NCBI RefSeq assembly: GCF_035564935.1 | Contig: NZ_DATMTE010000013.1 | Span: 1-43,321, forward strand | From: Chitinophaga sp. | GTDB taxonomy: Bacteria > Bacteroidota > Bacteroidia > Chitinophagales > Chitinophagaceae | Direction: 5' to 3' | DNA length: 43,321 nucleotides | Shown: piece by piece, positions 27,601 through 36,900 of the stretch | Layout: each line of letters begins with the position of its first letter | Numbering within the stretch: the first letter of the stretch is position 1 | Notes under the pieces: generated by a model | What the model saw: only the letters and a program-made list of their open reading frames with translations | What the model was told of the DNA's origin: nothing | Databases searched by the model: none | Program-made: the position numbers and the translations under genes

Positions 27601-28190
27601 GTCACAATATGATGCAGATCCATCAACAGCACGGGTTTTTCCCCCTTTACCAGGCCCACACGTATCAATGGCGGAACAGCAAGATCGAACGGTTGTATGA
27701 AATGCTGCATCGCATTGTTTATAGTTTCCCCGTTCTCATATTCTGTTATACTAATGTCCGCCGCTCCATGTACCAGCTGAACGGGAACATTCCCGATTGT
27801 CCGGAATGCCGTCCGTAATATCTCATGGCGGTTTATCAGCCGTTGCAATGCTATGCGTAGTTTGCCTCCGTCTATCCGGCCCGCGATCTCAAATGCACTT
27901 GGTATATTGTAAGCAAGCGATTGATTGTCCAGCTGGTTCAGGAAGTAGATTCTCGTTTGCGCGGAAGACAGTGGGTAATATTCCCTTTTTTCGGCCGGTT
28001 TGACGGTAATAACCTGTTGTTCTGTCTCCAACGCTGCCAGATACCGGAGTATTTCCGGCTTATGTAATTTCAGTGTATCCAGCAATGAAGCAGTAAGCCT
28101 TTTTCCCGGATCAATCACTTCAAAACTATCGCCGCGAAGTTTCAGCCTGATACCACTGTCGGCTAACCTGGTAAAAAGTTCATCCAGCAT
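18663..28190 (-). CDS. Trimodular NRPS: docking domain-C-A(Ser)-T-C-A(Asn)-T-C-A(unknown)-T
   Basis: TubC_N-like start (LKLHKPEILRYL); C sites HHIVTDA, HHIIADG and HHIIADG, all LCL-like (LSxAQ); codes DVWHFSLVDK (Ser), DFTKIGEVGK (Asn-type) and about DAMHVGGVTK; T motifs GGHS, GGQS, GGNS. Confidence 0.96.
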   Translation of the reverse strand: MLDELFTRLADSGIRLKLRGDSFEVIDPGKRLTASLLDTLKLHKPEILRYLAALETEQQVITVKPAEKREYYPLSSAQTRIYFLNQLDNQSLAYNIPSAFEIAGRIDGGKLRIALQRLINRHEILRTAFRTIGNVPVQLVHGAADISITEYENGETINNAMQHFIQPFDLAVPPLIRVGLVKGEKPVLLMDLHHIVTDAISFNNLANEFIQLYADAEPEKPGLQYKDFVMWHRHRISTGALAHQQQYWLQEFVETVPVLDIPADFKRPEVKSYKGATLVVNIDNLTAIDIRRRMAEEGVTAYMYFLSVFSIFLSRLSYQTDIVIGTPVSGRTVPALHKMTGVFINTLPLRLKPDPYLKYNDYLAYIKRKVIDALGHQEYPYEELINQLRITREVSRNPLFDVMFAADVQGSISRDDIGFALQDSDVENTSSKLDLSLFVDETASGFQLRFEYATSLFTADTIARFSGFYLRMLECVLRQPDITLGRIPLISDEEKFLIAGFNDTAFAFERGRTVLDFFYDQVKKNPGKIAVRGDHEDMTYGMFHARTNSLARALTEKGIGRNDIVALYMERGVPFLLSVFAVLKAGAAYMPVSPSLPAERAAFMLKDSQAKIVMTSGRYLPVFPDVIDLDLHVFEDTADTATTLYGDDLAYVIYTSGSTGTPKGVMIRHHSLLNRIYWMQHRYALDDTDVILHKTPVSFDVSVWEIYWWAVAGCTVSVLPYGLEKDPYAIFSYLERDAVSVIHFVPAMLNAFTGAAADLKSASLKWVFASGEALLPDLVNKFNRTIRARFGARLINLYGPTEATVDVTCFECYHEDHYEAIPIGKPIYNTSLHILNEHGLQQPVGTIGELCIGGENLAAGYLNNEALTSLKFVFNEVLQQRVYRTGDLARWSKDGNVEFLGRMDHQLKIRGYRIEPGEIEHQLRSIPGITETVVVAQDTRNGSTLCAYYVCHQPVEASSLREKLGRTLPEYMVPDFFIEMKEIFLTPNGKVDRKRLPIPDIRRSQTYTAPVSKYEIALQELWAEVLGTDKELIGTETSFFQLGGHSIMAIAILSRLKEKYQVVYPLMEFFKHPTIRDAAAFLEQSVPQLSVKTIPPAELKEYYRLSPAQRRIYFWQVNHPESTAYNIPFLFRLTGEVDDAAIPELFRSLTAVHEILRTQFIVANDEPVQQLTAVTALPLRYYDGEPEDLVKPFDLSRGPLMRLGLLKGRNGERRLFVDLHHIIADGFSIRLLMDDFAALLSGHMVEKKRIQYKDYCEWQYREKDSAAMSAAEAYWTDQLSGGVPVINLPYDFELADNRYNGSNLRFSLTSDQSRFLAALAEEEGVTLFTVCFAVFSVLLSRMADQEELIIGVTQSGREQVDEELVAGPIINMLPVRVKVAEKINFRAFVKATGDRLINTMEHGAYPYDELAEKLHVELPATGNLLFDVACSFYTAGRQNAPEEATGWELLPLRGGAAKFKLGLYIEQEEDHIHFDFEYNTACFREKTIARFIDGFMTLVRQIMTNSHDLKLVGETEQEAVIKRFSGAGRQPEKEMFYQKFVKMAEARSQYTALVFGEDIINYGQLVNRVDALSGLLAGRFSLHPQNRVAVAMKRSPGLIVGLLALLRLNLVFVPLDPDLPEELIRFILKDAGVSLVIADNDFYGKYHDKVACPVYVETAEDMTPDNQAVLPAPVSGSDLAYIIYTSGSTGRPKGVMIGQDAFMNYLNWANNFYCKDGDGMVMGLFTPVSFDFTLTCIFSTLLRGDKLVVYGHDRDISDILSDVFNVSSGINFIKLTPSHVNILSHLNIQSTGVSAVILGGEELLAGHIAILRHLRPDMAVYNEYGPTEATVGCCIKEISGDMTDIGIGVPIDNVSVLVLDRYGNLLPVGVEGELCIAGVQLAQGYTDQEQSLRKFVVVPGLNGLRVYRTGDKGKFLENGELAYLGRMDDQVKIRGYRVELKQVAGQLAAMDGIIGLHIDTRKMEDGSIAIVAYYRSDIPIDHQTFIRFAARCLPEYMVPSYFVRMDQIPLNINGKVDRKKLPDPVTVQQQHPETAGIPEIMDGVTQQLREIWAGILQKAADTISLRDNFYELGGQSIRSIMLVSRIMKAFNVKLEVRQVLHAPTLKEQAQLIKATTASYFRAIKPVEKREYYTLSNAQARLLALSRLDPDSLSYNMPSMMRVTGNLDRERLEQALYALQQRHEILRSTFHIGNGNMYQMVAKEADFNIEYLDYAGQCPDPEMLMTRFVRPFRLDEAPAWRLCIVVLADNSHIMLHDMHHIIADGTSGMIFVRDFIDLYHGIELTPLAIQYKDFSNWQQQVVNHSRLQQERAYWLEAFKELPQLLNLPFDFPPGRNRSNDGERAGITLSGTYATILRELAVKEEVTMFSIILAAFNVLIGKCCSQQDVVVGIPFECRNHADLADQIGIYLNLLPLRNFPEAGKSFTGFVREVQNRLSSAMENADYQFEQLLDELKLPREEGRDPLFDIFLNYLNFETATGNDIPELTFSQMDTGQSYAKYALSFYISEQDDGLDITCVYKRRMFKASTISYLLQELNRLLESIAEDATKCIGDYQLFRQYTPSTEKPSWPAGEIFQKQDIFQSVGKRFEQQVLAHAANTAIVYGEQRLTYDELNRRVNQVANVIWQTAGQEASGNIALLLSDRISAVVGMLGVLKTSFSYVPLDVTFPLKRLDFILKSCNARYLITTAEHEILAQELVQRNGGMVVRIDDLTAVSTGNPGFEVSCHQPAYILYTSGSTGAPKGVVQSHRNALHFCRVYTNRLGIRPEDRLSLFSTYCFDAALMDILGALLNGAALYPYDVMKHASMHHLKEWIVLNRISIYHSVPNLYRQLYKSLPEGMLLPSVRYVVMGGEPVYSQDVMAYKAHFSDECIFINGLGPTESTVTLQKILYKHSLVDKDIVPVGGPVEETDVLILDETGAAATVFAEGEIVYQSDYLALGYWDDIPQSNRAFVKDLPGEKRYYRSGDIGRRLPDGEIEFTGRKDKQVKVRGFRIELAEIENNLLQFNRIAEVVVVYQENSGNGMLICFYKAGNIIPAAEFRRFLQERIPVYMIPDRYVKLETLPVNTNGKTDRKLLSAYVLETPADTEAPAVMSAFELTFSGLWKELVNIDNIQRHDYFFNLGGNSITLIALLSRIERVYGVSLPAGIFITQPFHEIATVLEDSVVTTSYRQPIQTM

Positions 28191-28211
28191 TATGTTCAGT
28201 TTAATTGACTG

Positions 28212-31200
28212 CTAAAAACTAAGATTGTCCAACGCCTGCTGCACTTCTTCAGCGAGGGCGTCCTGATAGGTTGTTTGCAGGGGATTGATGGCATCAATAC
28301 AGATACCCGGGTTAACCAGTATTTCCCTTATCATCTTCAGGTAATAAGTGCTGAATGCCGTGGCCGTTTCTCTCCGGAACAATGCCAGGTTATATTCGAT
28401 CATAAAATCAATCTGTCCGCCATATTGACTTGCCTGCAATGTCAGATCCCATTTGGAGGAAGCGTAATTATAATTATACGGCGTTATTGCCAGGCCGGCC
28501 AGCCCTACTTCTTCACTTTCCACATTCTGCAATACAAACCATACATCAAAAAGCGGATTTCTGTCGGGCGTTCTGCGAACCGCCAGGTCTTCAATGAGCT
28601 GCTCGAAAGGATAGTCCTGGTGTTGAAAAACACTGATCACTACCTCCTTCACCGTCTCTAAAAAAGATAAAAATGTTTGTTCACGCTTCAGCTGCAACCT
28701 AAGCGGCAGTGTATTGACAAACATGCCGATCAGGCCCTGCATTTCCAGTTTATCCCTTCCCGAAACCGGAGAGCCCAGAATAATATCATCATTGCCACTC
28801 AATTTCGAAAGGAGTACGGTATAAACCGCCAGTGTGAACATATACAATGTATACCCTGATTTCTCACAAAACGCCAGCAACGCCTGATTTTCTTCGCTAT
28901 CCAGCGCAAAATAAATTCTCTCTCCGAGATAGGTTTTTAACGCCGGACGAGGAAAATCGTATGGTAAATCCAATACGGGCAAACTGCCTTCAAACAGCTG
29001 CATCCAGAATTGCCTGCGGGCTTCCATGGTTCTGGTATGCCTCATGGCTCCCTGCCACATAGCATAGTCTTTATACTGGATATCCAGTGGCGGCAGGGGC
29101 TGACCGGATATTACCAGTTGTAGTTCTTTTACAAAATTCCCAAAGGAAACTTCATCCGTAATCAGGTGATGCATATCCACCACCAGGATGGTTTCTTCTT
29201 TCTTTTCTTTCAGATAGAAAACACCAATTCTAAGAAAAGGAGGATGTGCCAGGTTGAATGGCCGGATAAATTTTTCGATTTCTTTTTCTATATACTGTTC
29301 CTCAATTTCACTGACTGCAACCGTGAATATCTCCGTATTTGTTATCCACTGCACCGGCTGTTCATTCAGCAGCGTTATCCGTGTTCGCAGTATTTCATGC
29401 CGGTCTGTGATCAGATTAACGGCCCTTTCTATCTCTTTAGCATCGAGCGGGCCCAAAACCCGGAATACCTGTGTTTCATTGTATGCTGTACTGTTATCGT
29501 TTATCTGTTGCAGAATAAACTGTTTCTGCTGGGCCGATGAGAGGCGGTAATACTCCCGCTTTTCCGCTTTGGGTATAGCTTTATAAGCCACCTCTTCATC
29601 CTTGTCAATATAATCGCTGATACGGGATATAGTGGGATTCTTAAAGAAGAAATCTACTGATACGCTGGCAGACAGCTTCTTTTGAATCCTGGCTATCAGC
29701 ATTAACATCTTCAGTGAATTTCCTCCCAGCTCAAAGAAGTCATCATCAATACCAATTTTCCGGTATCCGAATGCTTCAGACCAAATGTCCGCCAGTTGTT
29801 TCTGCAGTTCAGAAACGGGCGCCTTATAAGAAACGGTCATTTGCGGTCTGATGTTTTCATTATCTATATCTATATCGGGGGCGCTGTTGTTTTCAGTTGC
29901 TGAGAAATCCGTATCGATCCATTTCCGTATCCGGGCCTGCAGGCTGGTTAGCGATACCGTAAGCTGATCAGGCGCTATATCAGATAGTACCAGGGACAGG
30001 GCTTCCATCGCCTCCTGATCGTCTATCAATCCATCGTCCGGCGTTTCGCTCCATCCGTCCCAGTTAACGGTTATCCAGCGGGTGGTTCCCCTGTCATTTT
30101 CCAATACGGCCAAAGTATCCAGCATGGCATTGGAAGCGGCATAAGCATAAAAGCCGACACCTCCGAGGAAAGCGGAAAGCGATGAAGTTGCCAGTACGAA
30201 ATCAACCGGTATCTCCCTGGTGATGGCGGCAATATTTTTCGCGCCCTGTACTTTTGCATAGAACTGGGTATCTATATCTTTTCCCGACAGGGATACAATG
30301 CCTGTTTCAGTAGACTTATCATTAGATAATGCCGCAGCATGGATGATACCGTCTATCTGTCCTAATACCGCTATGCAATCATCCAGGCAATGTTTTAGTG
30401 AAGCATAGTTCCCTACATCTGCCCTGCGGTAATACAGGCGATCACCTGCGGGATCCAGTTGATCAAACGCTTCCAGCAATTGCCGGTCGGCCGGCTGATG
30501 TGCATTTCCCGGTGTTTCGCGGCTCAATTCCCTTCTCCCGAGGATCACTACTTTTGTACCGGGGTAACTTAGCAGGAAACGGGCATGTCTCAGGCCCACT
30601 GTTCCGGTGCCGCCAGTGATAACATAAACGCCATCCGGTTTTACCAGCACTGCTGCCTGATTCCTGTTTATACCGGCGCTCCGGAACCCGAGTGTCCACC
30701 GCACCCCATTCCGTATAGCCACTATCCTGTCGTTGGTATTGAGTTCCAGCTCGCGGCGAAGGGTCCGGCATGTGGCCGGATATATTCCATCGATGTCAAT
30801 CAGTTGGCAAACCAGCGAAGGAAATTCCTGTTGTATGACCCTTATAGCAGCGGCTATGGCGGATTTATCCGGGGAGATCCTTTCCGTGCCGGTTACCCTA
30901 TGCACTTCAGGCAGTAATACTTTCAGGGGTATACGGTGATGATTTTTCAGCCGGCCCACTGCTTTACACAGGTACAGCAGGTCATAATACCCGCGGCCGG
31001 CGTCTGCGCTGTATATAAAGCCCACTGGTTGTTGTGTCATGTCATTCACCCGGTCCATTAACCGCTCCCAGTCGTTCACATTATGTGGGTTTATTACCAG
31101 GTTACCATCGTTACCTGTAGCAAAAGCCGGGCCTTCTGAAACCTGTATACAGTTCCCGGGCGATAGCTGTAGACTGTCTGCCAGCAGGGGATCTGCGATA

Positions 31201-33980
31201 AAGGTAATCCATGTTCCTGCTTCACTGTTATGGGCGCCTGATGACTGGCTTTGTTGCCAGGCAGGATAATTAAACCAGTCATTCACTCTCAGGCGCTGAT
31301 CTCCTGAGGCAGCAGTATATAGTTCAAAAGGATCTTCATCCACCCAATAGCGCTTGTGCTCAAAGGGATAGGCAGGCAGCGGCACCCTTTTTACCATTGC
31401 ATTTTCATGCAATACGGTCCAGTCTACCGCTACACCGTAAAGCCACAGCTGTCCGATTTTATCTGACAGGTACATTTCGTCTTCCATTGTGTCTTTAGGA
31501 TGTCTGAGCAGGTTCACCACCTGTTGCGATGGTTTGCGGGATTCATGTCCTCTTATAAATGCAGACAGTGCGTTACCGGGGCCAACCTCCACAAAAATGC
31601 ACTGTTCATCTTTCAATAGTGTGTCAACCCCATTTTTAAAACGGACGGTAGCCAGGATATGCTGGCCCCAGTACTGCGCCGAGGTAGCCATGCCATCTTC
31701 AATCCAGCTGCCGGTAACGCTTGAAATAAAAGGAATGCGTGGATTTTTGAGATCAATATCTTCCAGGAATTTTTCAAAGACAGGTACTGCAGCGCTCATC
31801 ATGGCTGAGTGAGACGCATGGGAAGTGGGCAGCCTTGAAGCGGGATAACCCATTGCAGTCAGCATACTTTCAAAAGCGCTGATCTCCTCTTCTTCGCCGG
31901 ATACCACGCAGAGGTCTTGTGTATTTACTGCCGCAATGTTCAGCTGAAAGCCGGTCAAAAGTGGTAACAATTGTTCTTCCGGGAGCAAAATACTTAGCAT
32001 GGCCCCGTGAGATACTTCCTGCATTACCTGTCCCCTGCGCACAACTATCTTTAAAGCATCCTCCAGTTCCATAACACCTGAGAGACAGGCCGCCACTAAT
32101 TCGCCCAAACTATGTCCTATCATGGCAGATGGCTCCCCTGTGTACCTTATCAGCAATCTTGCCAGCGCGTATTCAACAATAAACAGCAGGGGTTGTGCAT
32201 GGATAGTAGCTGTGATCGCTGCTTCATCACTTCCGAAAAGCACGCCCAATACATCATCTCCCCCGGTCTTCCTAACAATGGCCGCACATTTGTCCATCTC
32301 ACCCGCAAAAAATGTGTTATGCTGATAAAGTCCGGCAGCCATATTCAGATACTGGGCACCCTGACCGGGGAACAGGAAAACCAGCTTTTTCTTTTCCTGG
32401 CTATAATGTGTCCGTACATATTGCGGATGCTGCGTTTCAATAAATGATACCGCTTCCTCACCGGATTGGCAAAGCACCATACGTTTGTAGGGAAAAGTTG
32501 TTCTGCCTGTTTGAAGCGTAAAAGCAAGATCCCTGATATCAGCGGCAGGATTTCGCCTGATAAACTCAACAAGCCGTGTAGTGGAGGCGTCTAGTGCTGC
32601 GGCAGATTTCGCAGATATCAGCAGCACATGAGCGGCCGTTTCCTGTTTCCTTTCAGTTTTTGCCGGCGGTTCTTCCAAAATGACGTGGGCATTGGTGCCT
32701 CCGATACCAAATGAGCTGACGCCGGCCCTCAACACGCCTTCCCGGCGTTCCCACGCTGTTAGCTGGTTGCAGACATAAATATCAGCATCGTCCATTTCAA
32801 TTTCAGGATTCAGCTGGTTAAAATGCAGACTGGGTACTAATTTCCCGTGTTGCAGGCAAAGTACTGTTTTAACCAGGCCGGCAATGCCTGCTGCACTGTC
32901 CAGATGCCCGATATTGGTTTTAACTGATCCGATAGCGCAGGGTGTCTGACGATCATAGCCATACGCTTTTTTTAACGCAGCCACTTCTATCGAATCCCCC
33001 AGCTTAGTGGCAGTACCATGCGTTTCCACATAAGTAATGCTGGCGGGAGATACTTTGCTGAATGAAAGCGCCGACCGGATAACCGCATACTGACCTTTTA
33101 CACTCGGCGCAGTATATCCTACTTTCAGATTACCATCATTATTGACGGCGCTTCCCTTGATGATCGCATGTATATGATCGTTGTCAGCGAGCGCCTTTTT
33201 CAGTGGTTTCAATACAATCACCCCACATCCTTCACCGCCCACGGTACCACCCGCCTCAACATCAAAAGCTTTACAATGTCCGTCCGGAGAAGCTATCATA
33301 CCATCCTGGTACAGATACCCCAGTTCATCGTTATACACAATGCCAACCCCACCTGCCACTGCCATCTCACATTCTCCCAACAGCAGAGACCTGCATGCCT
33401 GATGTACTGCCACCAGCGAGGTAGAACAATTGGTATGTATCATCCAGCTGGGACCAGTAAGATTAAATTTGTACGACAACAACTTAGCCATGGAATCTTT
33501 GGTATTCAGCTGGCTACCCTCAAACTTCCCGAACTCCGCCAGTTTGCCGGATGCCTCCGTGAGCACTTCCCAGTAATAACTGGAATTTGCTCCTGCAAAA
33601 ACACCGATACGTCCGGAATATAATCCCGGCGGGTATCCGGCGTCTTCCAGGGCAGCCCATGTTACCTCATGGAATATCCTGATCTGGGGATCCATCAGTT
33701 CTGCCTCTTTCGGCTGGTAGCCAAAAAAAGCGGCATCAAAACCTCCTTTGTCTGGCAATACGCCTCCCTTACAGGGAACAAAACTGCTGCTTTTAGCCAT
33801 CTGCCGGTATTCGGGAGAGCTGTTTATCTCTTCTTTTGTGGCAAAGGATACAGATTCCACCCCGTTAGCCAGGTTATCCCAAAATTCGTGGTAATCGGCT
33901 GCTCCGGGAAACCTGACACTCATTCCTACAATTGCCAGTTCAAGCCCACTATATACGTTGTCTCTTTTTTCATTCATCAT
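28212..33980 (-). CDS. Hybrid PKS/NRPS: KS-AT-KR-ACP-C
   Basis: KS triad TNCSTSL, ETHGTAT and NIGHLD; AT GQGAQ, GHSLG, HASH; KR ITGGTGTVG, AKVQG, SSL, YAASN; ACP LGGNSL; C HHLITDE. Confidence 0.96.
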   Translation of the reverse strand: MMNEKRDNVYSGLELAIVGMSVRFPGAADYHEFWDNLANGVESVSFATKEEINSSPEYRQMAKSSSFVPCKGGVLPDKGGFDAAFFGYQPKEAELMDPQIRIFHEVTWAALEDAGYPPGLYSGRIGVFAGANSSYYWEVLTEASGKLAEFGKFEGSQLNTKDSMAKLLSYKFNLTGPSWMIHTNCSTSLVAVHQACRSLLLGECEMAVAGGVGIVYNDELGYLYQDGMIASPDGHCKAFDVEAGGTVGGEGCGVIVLKPLKKALADNDHIHAIIKGSAVNNDGNLKVGYTAPSVKGQYAVIRSALSFSKVSPASITYVETHGTATKLGDSIEVAALKKAYGYDRQTPCAIGSVKTNIGHLDSAAGIAGLVKTVLCLQHGKLVPSLHFNQLNPEIEMDDADIYVCNQLTAWERREGVLRAGVSSFGIGGTNAHVILEEPPAKTERKQETAAHVLLISAKSAAALDASTTRLVEFIRRNPAADIRDLAFTLQTGRTTFPYKRMVLCQSGEEAVSFIETQHPQYVRTHYSQEKKKLVFLFPGQGAQYLNMAAGLYQHNTFFAGEMDKCAAIVRKTGGDDVLGVLFGSDEAAITATIHAQPLLFIVEYALARLLIRYTGEPSAMIGHSLGELVAACLSGVMELEDALKIVVRRGQVMQEVSHGAMLSILLPEEQLLPLLTGFQLNIAAVNTQDLCVVSGEEEEISAFESMLTAMGYPASRLPTSHASHSAMMSAAVPVFEKFLEDIDLKNPRIPFISSVTGSWIEDGMATSAQYWGQHILATVRFKNGVDTLLKDEQCIFVEVGPGNALSAFIRGHESRKPSQQVVNLLRHPKDTMEDEMYLSDKIGQLWLYGVAVDWTVLHENAMVKRVPLPAYPFEHKRYWVDEDPFELYTAASGDQRLRVNDWFNYPAWQQSQSSGAHNSEAGTWITFIADPLLADSLQLSPGNCIQVSEGPAFATGNDGNLVINPHNVNDWERLMDRVNDMTQQPVGFIYSADAGRGYYDLLYLCKAVGRLKNHHRIPLKVLLPEVHRVTGTERISPDKSAIAAAIRVIQQEFPSLVCQLIDIDGIYPATCRTLRRELELNTNDRIVAIRNGVRWTLGFRSAGINRNQAAVLVKPDGVYVITGGTGTVGLRHARFLLSYPGTKVVILGRRELSRETPGNAHQPADRQLLEAFDQLDPAGDRLYYRRADVGNYASLKHCLDDCIAVLGQIDGIIHAAALSNDKSTETGIVSLSGKDIDTQFYAKVQGAKNIAAITREIPVDFVLATSSLSAFLGGVGFYAYAASNAMLDTLAVLENDRGTTRWITVNWDGWSETPDDGLIDDQEAMEALSLVLSDIAPDQLTVSLTSLQARIRKWIDTDFSATENNSAPDIDIDNENIRPQMTVSYKAPVSELQKQLADIWSEAFGYRKIGIDDDFFELGGNSLKMLMLIARIQKKLSASVSVDFFFKNPTISRISDYIDKDEEVAYKAIPKAEKREYYRLSSAQQKQFILQQINDNSTAYNETQVFRVLGPLDAKEIERAVNLITDRHEILRTRITLLNEQPVQWITNTEIFTVAVSEIEEQYIEKEIEKFIRPFNLAHPPFLRIGVFYLKEKKEETILVVDMHHLITDEVSFGNFVKELQLVISGQPLPPLDIQYKDYAMWQGAMRHTRTMEARRQFWMQLFEGSLPVLDLPYDFPRPALKTYLGERIYFALDSEENQALLAFCEKSGYTLYMFTLAVYTVLLSKLSGNDDIILGSPVSGRDKLEMQGLIGMFVNTLPLRLQLKREQTFLSFLETVKEVVISVFQHQDYPFEQLIEDLAVRRTPDRNPLFDVWFVLQNVESEEVGLAGLAITPYNYNYASSKWDLTLQASQYGGQIDFMIEYNLALFRRETATAFSTYYLKMIREILVNPGICIDAINPLQTTYQDALAEEVQQALDNLSF

Positions 33981-36900
33981 TTCCTACCAGTTTTAATGTT
34001 TCTGTGAGCATCCCCAGTGCACTTTCTTCCAAAGCATCCGCGGTTTCCGGCACAGTTTCCGACTGTAGCCCTGCGCAGAATGTTTCAATAGTGGGCAGTT
34101 CAAAGAATTTCACAACAGCGATCTTCTTCGATATCGTTTTAATCAGTTTATTCCTGATGTGCATGATTTTAATGGAATCGCCCCCTATCTCAAAAAAATT
34201 ATCAGTAACCCTGATTTCATCAGGGTGTCGTTGTAATACGGCTGCCCATATAGCTGTAACCTGTGTTTCCAGTTGCCCGGCAGGCAAACGGCCTTCGTAG
34301 CGCGTATTGCCTACGGGAGCGGGCAGGTTCTTTCTATCTACTTTGCCATTGGGTGTTAAAGGCATTTGATGAAGATGCACAAAATGATCAGGGACCATAT
34401 AGGCTGGCAGCCTGTCTGCCAACCAGCCACGCAAAACAGCGGGTTCTGTTTTTTTGCCGGCCACATAGTATGCGCACAAGTTTCCGGCAGCACCTGCCGT
34501 TTCTGTTGCTACAATAACAACATCCGTTACTCCCCCGTATTTCATCAGCAAACTTTCAATCTCTCCTGTAGCTATCCTGTGTCCGCGTATCTTTACCTGG
34601 TCATCATCTCTTCCCAGGAAAAGCAGGTTACCGTCTTCCTGCCATTTGCAGCGGTCACCCGTTCTGTACATTTTGGCGCCTGGATTAAACGGATCATTCA
34701 CAAACCTTGCAGCAGTAAGTTCTTCTCTTCCCAGGTACCCGTTGCCTATGCCTGCACCGCCGATAAACAATTCCCCGGTCATTCCCACCGGCAGCAGCTG
34801 CAGGTGCTGGTCCAGTACATAAGTCCGCATGTTAGGCATAGGCCGTCCGATCGGAACCTGTCCATTCACTGCCGATAGTTGCGGTTCTCCTTCAAAGTAA
34901 CTGGTATCAATAGTGGCTTCGGTAACGCCATAGGAATTAAGGATCCGCAGCCTGTTCCCGTAACGGGACTTTATCCGGTTGAACTGATCTACCCGGCAGA
35001 TGTCTGCCCCGAAAATCAGTAACCGCAGGGAAGCAATATCAAGATCCTGTTCCATCACATAGTCCATCAACGGAACAATTAATGCCGGCGTAGCCTCAAA
35101 CAGGCTGATACCCTCATCCCGTATCAGCCGGTACAAATGCTCCACATCCAGTCGCGCTGCCGCCGGACAAATCACCATCTTTCCGCCATTCAACAAGGCC
35201 CTGGCAATATCTCCGGAAAAAACATCGAAAGAAAAACCTGCCATCTGCAACAGGGAAGTTTTTGCTGCGGATAACTGGTAACATTCCCGCCAGGCGTATG
35301 TGGCATTGATGAAAGGCCGTTGCGGGATCATCGCGCCCTTTGGCAACCCGGTTGAACCGGAAGTATATATCACATACAGAAGATCATCGATGGTGTTTAC
35401 AGGCAATGGATTATCCGCAGGATACCCCTCCAGGTGCAGGTCTCCCAATTCTATGGTCATTCCTTCAAAAGGTGGTGACACCTGATCTGTCAGCAAAACA
35501 TCCGCTTTGCTGTCTTTCAGCAGGTAGCTAACCCGTTCAGCAGGATAATCTGCATCAACCGGAAGATAAGCGCCGCCTGATTTTATTACAGCCAGTACGG
35601 CAATCACCATCTCTATTGATCTGCCGGCGCAGATGCCCACAACCCGGTTCCGCTGTACTCCCTTTTCCCGGAGATAATGCGCCAGTTGATTTACCCGTAT
35701 ATTAAGCTCCTGGTAGGTAAGGCGCTTGCTTTCAAAAACCAGCGCGGTTTTATCTCCATGAAGATTTACCTGTTCCTCAAATATTTCCTGCACCAACATT
35801 CCATTTCCGTACTGCCGGTGTTCTCCTGTTGACAACGCCAGCATCTGCTCTTTTTCACCGGCAGACAACAAAGAAAAATCACTGACAAAACCATCAGGAT
35901 GTTTTAGTACCTCACTTATCAGCATGCATAGATGCGAAGCCACTTTGCCGATCTCCTTCTCCCTGTAGGCATATGTATTAACAGCCCATTCAAAGCGCAA
36001 TCTGCTACCCGGTACCACCGTAAAAGTGAGGTCATAATTGGTTTGCTCAAAAGCTTCTACGCCAAACACCTGGTAGTCATCCGCTGTTTCATCCGGATCG
36101 TTTTCCGCCGATAGCAAAGGATAGTTTTCAAATATCAGCAGGTGATTAATCAACTCCGTTTTTAAAAGGCTGAGGGCCTGTATCTCATGCAGGGCAATAT
36201 GATGATAACGTTCTGATTCCAGGAAATGATCACGGGTGGACTCCAGCAGCTGGCTGAATGTTCTTCTCTCCGTTTTTATCCGGACCGGTACTGTGTTTAT
36301 AAATAAACCAAGCATCGATGCTGCCCCTGCCAGCGCGGCCGGCCGGCCAGATACCACTGATCCGAACACCACATCATCCACATTATTATACCTCGCCAGC
36401 AAAATTCCCCATAACACATGAATAACCGTACTGATAGTAAGCTGATGTTCCTTCGCCAGCTGATACAAAGCAGCAGTGTGGGATTCATCCAGTTCACATA
36501 TAATTTCCTGCTGGGCAAATGCCCCGGGCGTATTGGTGATATGTCCCGGCAGGAATACCTGGTTAGTATATCCGGAAAGATATTCCTGCCAGAATGCCCG
36601 CCCCTCTTCCCGCGGCTGCTGAGACAGCCATTTTATGTAGTTCCTGTAGGGCACCACGGAAGCTGGCAGATAATGCCCCTTACCGGTATAATGGCGATAC
36701 AGCGCAGAAAATTCTTCCACGATAATTGACATACACCAGCCATCCATCAGGATATGGTGATGCGACCAGATAAATTCATACTTATTATCGGCCACCCGGA
36801 ACACTTTTACCCGCATCAATGCACCAGCCGACAGGTCGAATACGTTTGCTCTGTCTGCCTCCTTAAACATCCGTATCATCTCACCGGGGTTATCCTCACT

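Noticed and set aside
36740-36775. HHHILMDG motif suggesting a NocB-like beta-lactam-forming C domain
   Set aside because: WSHHHxxxDG is common in ordinary DCL domains, and the upstream residue is predicted Dab, not Ser.
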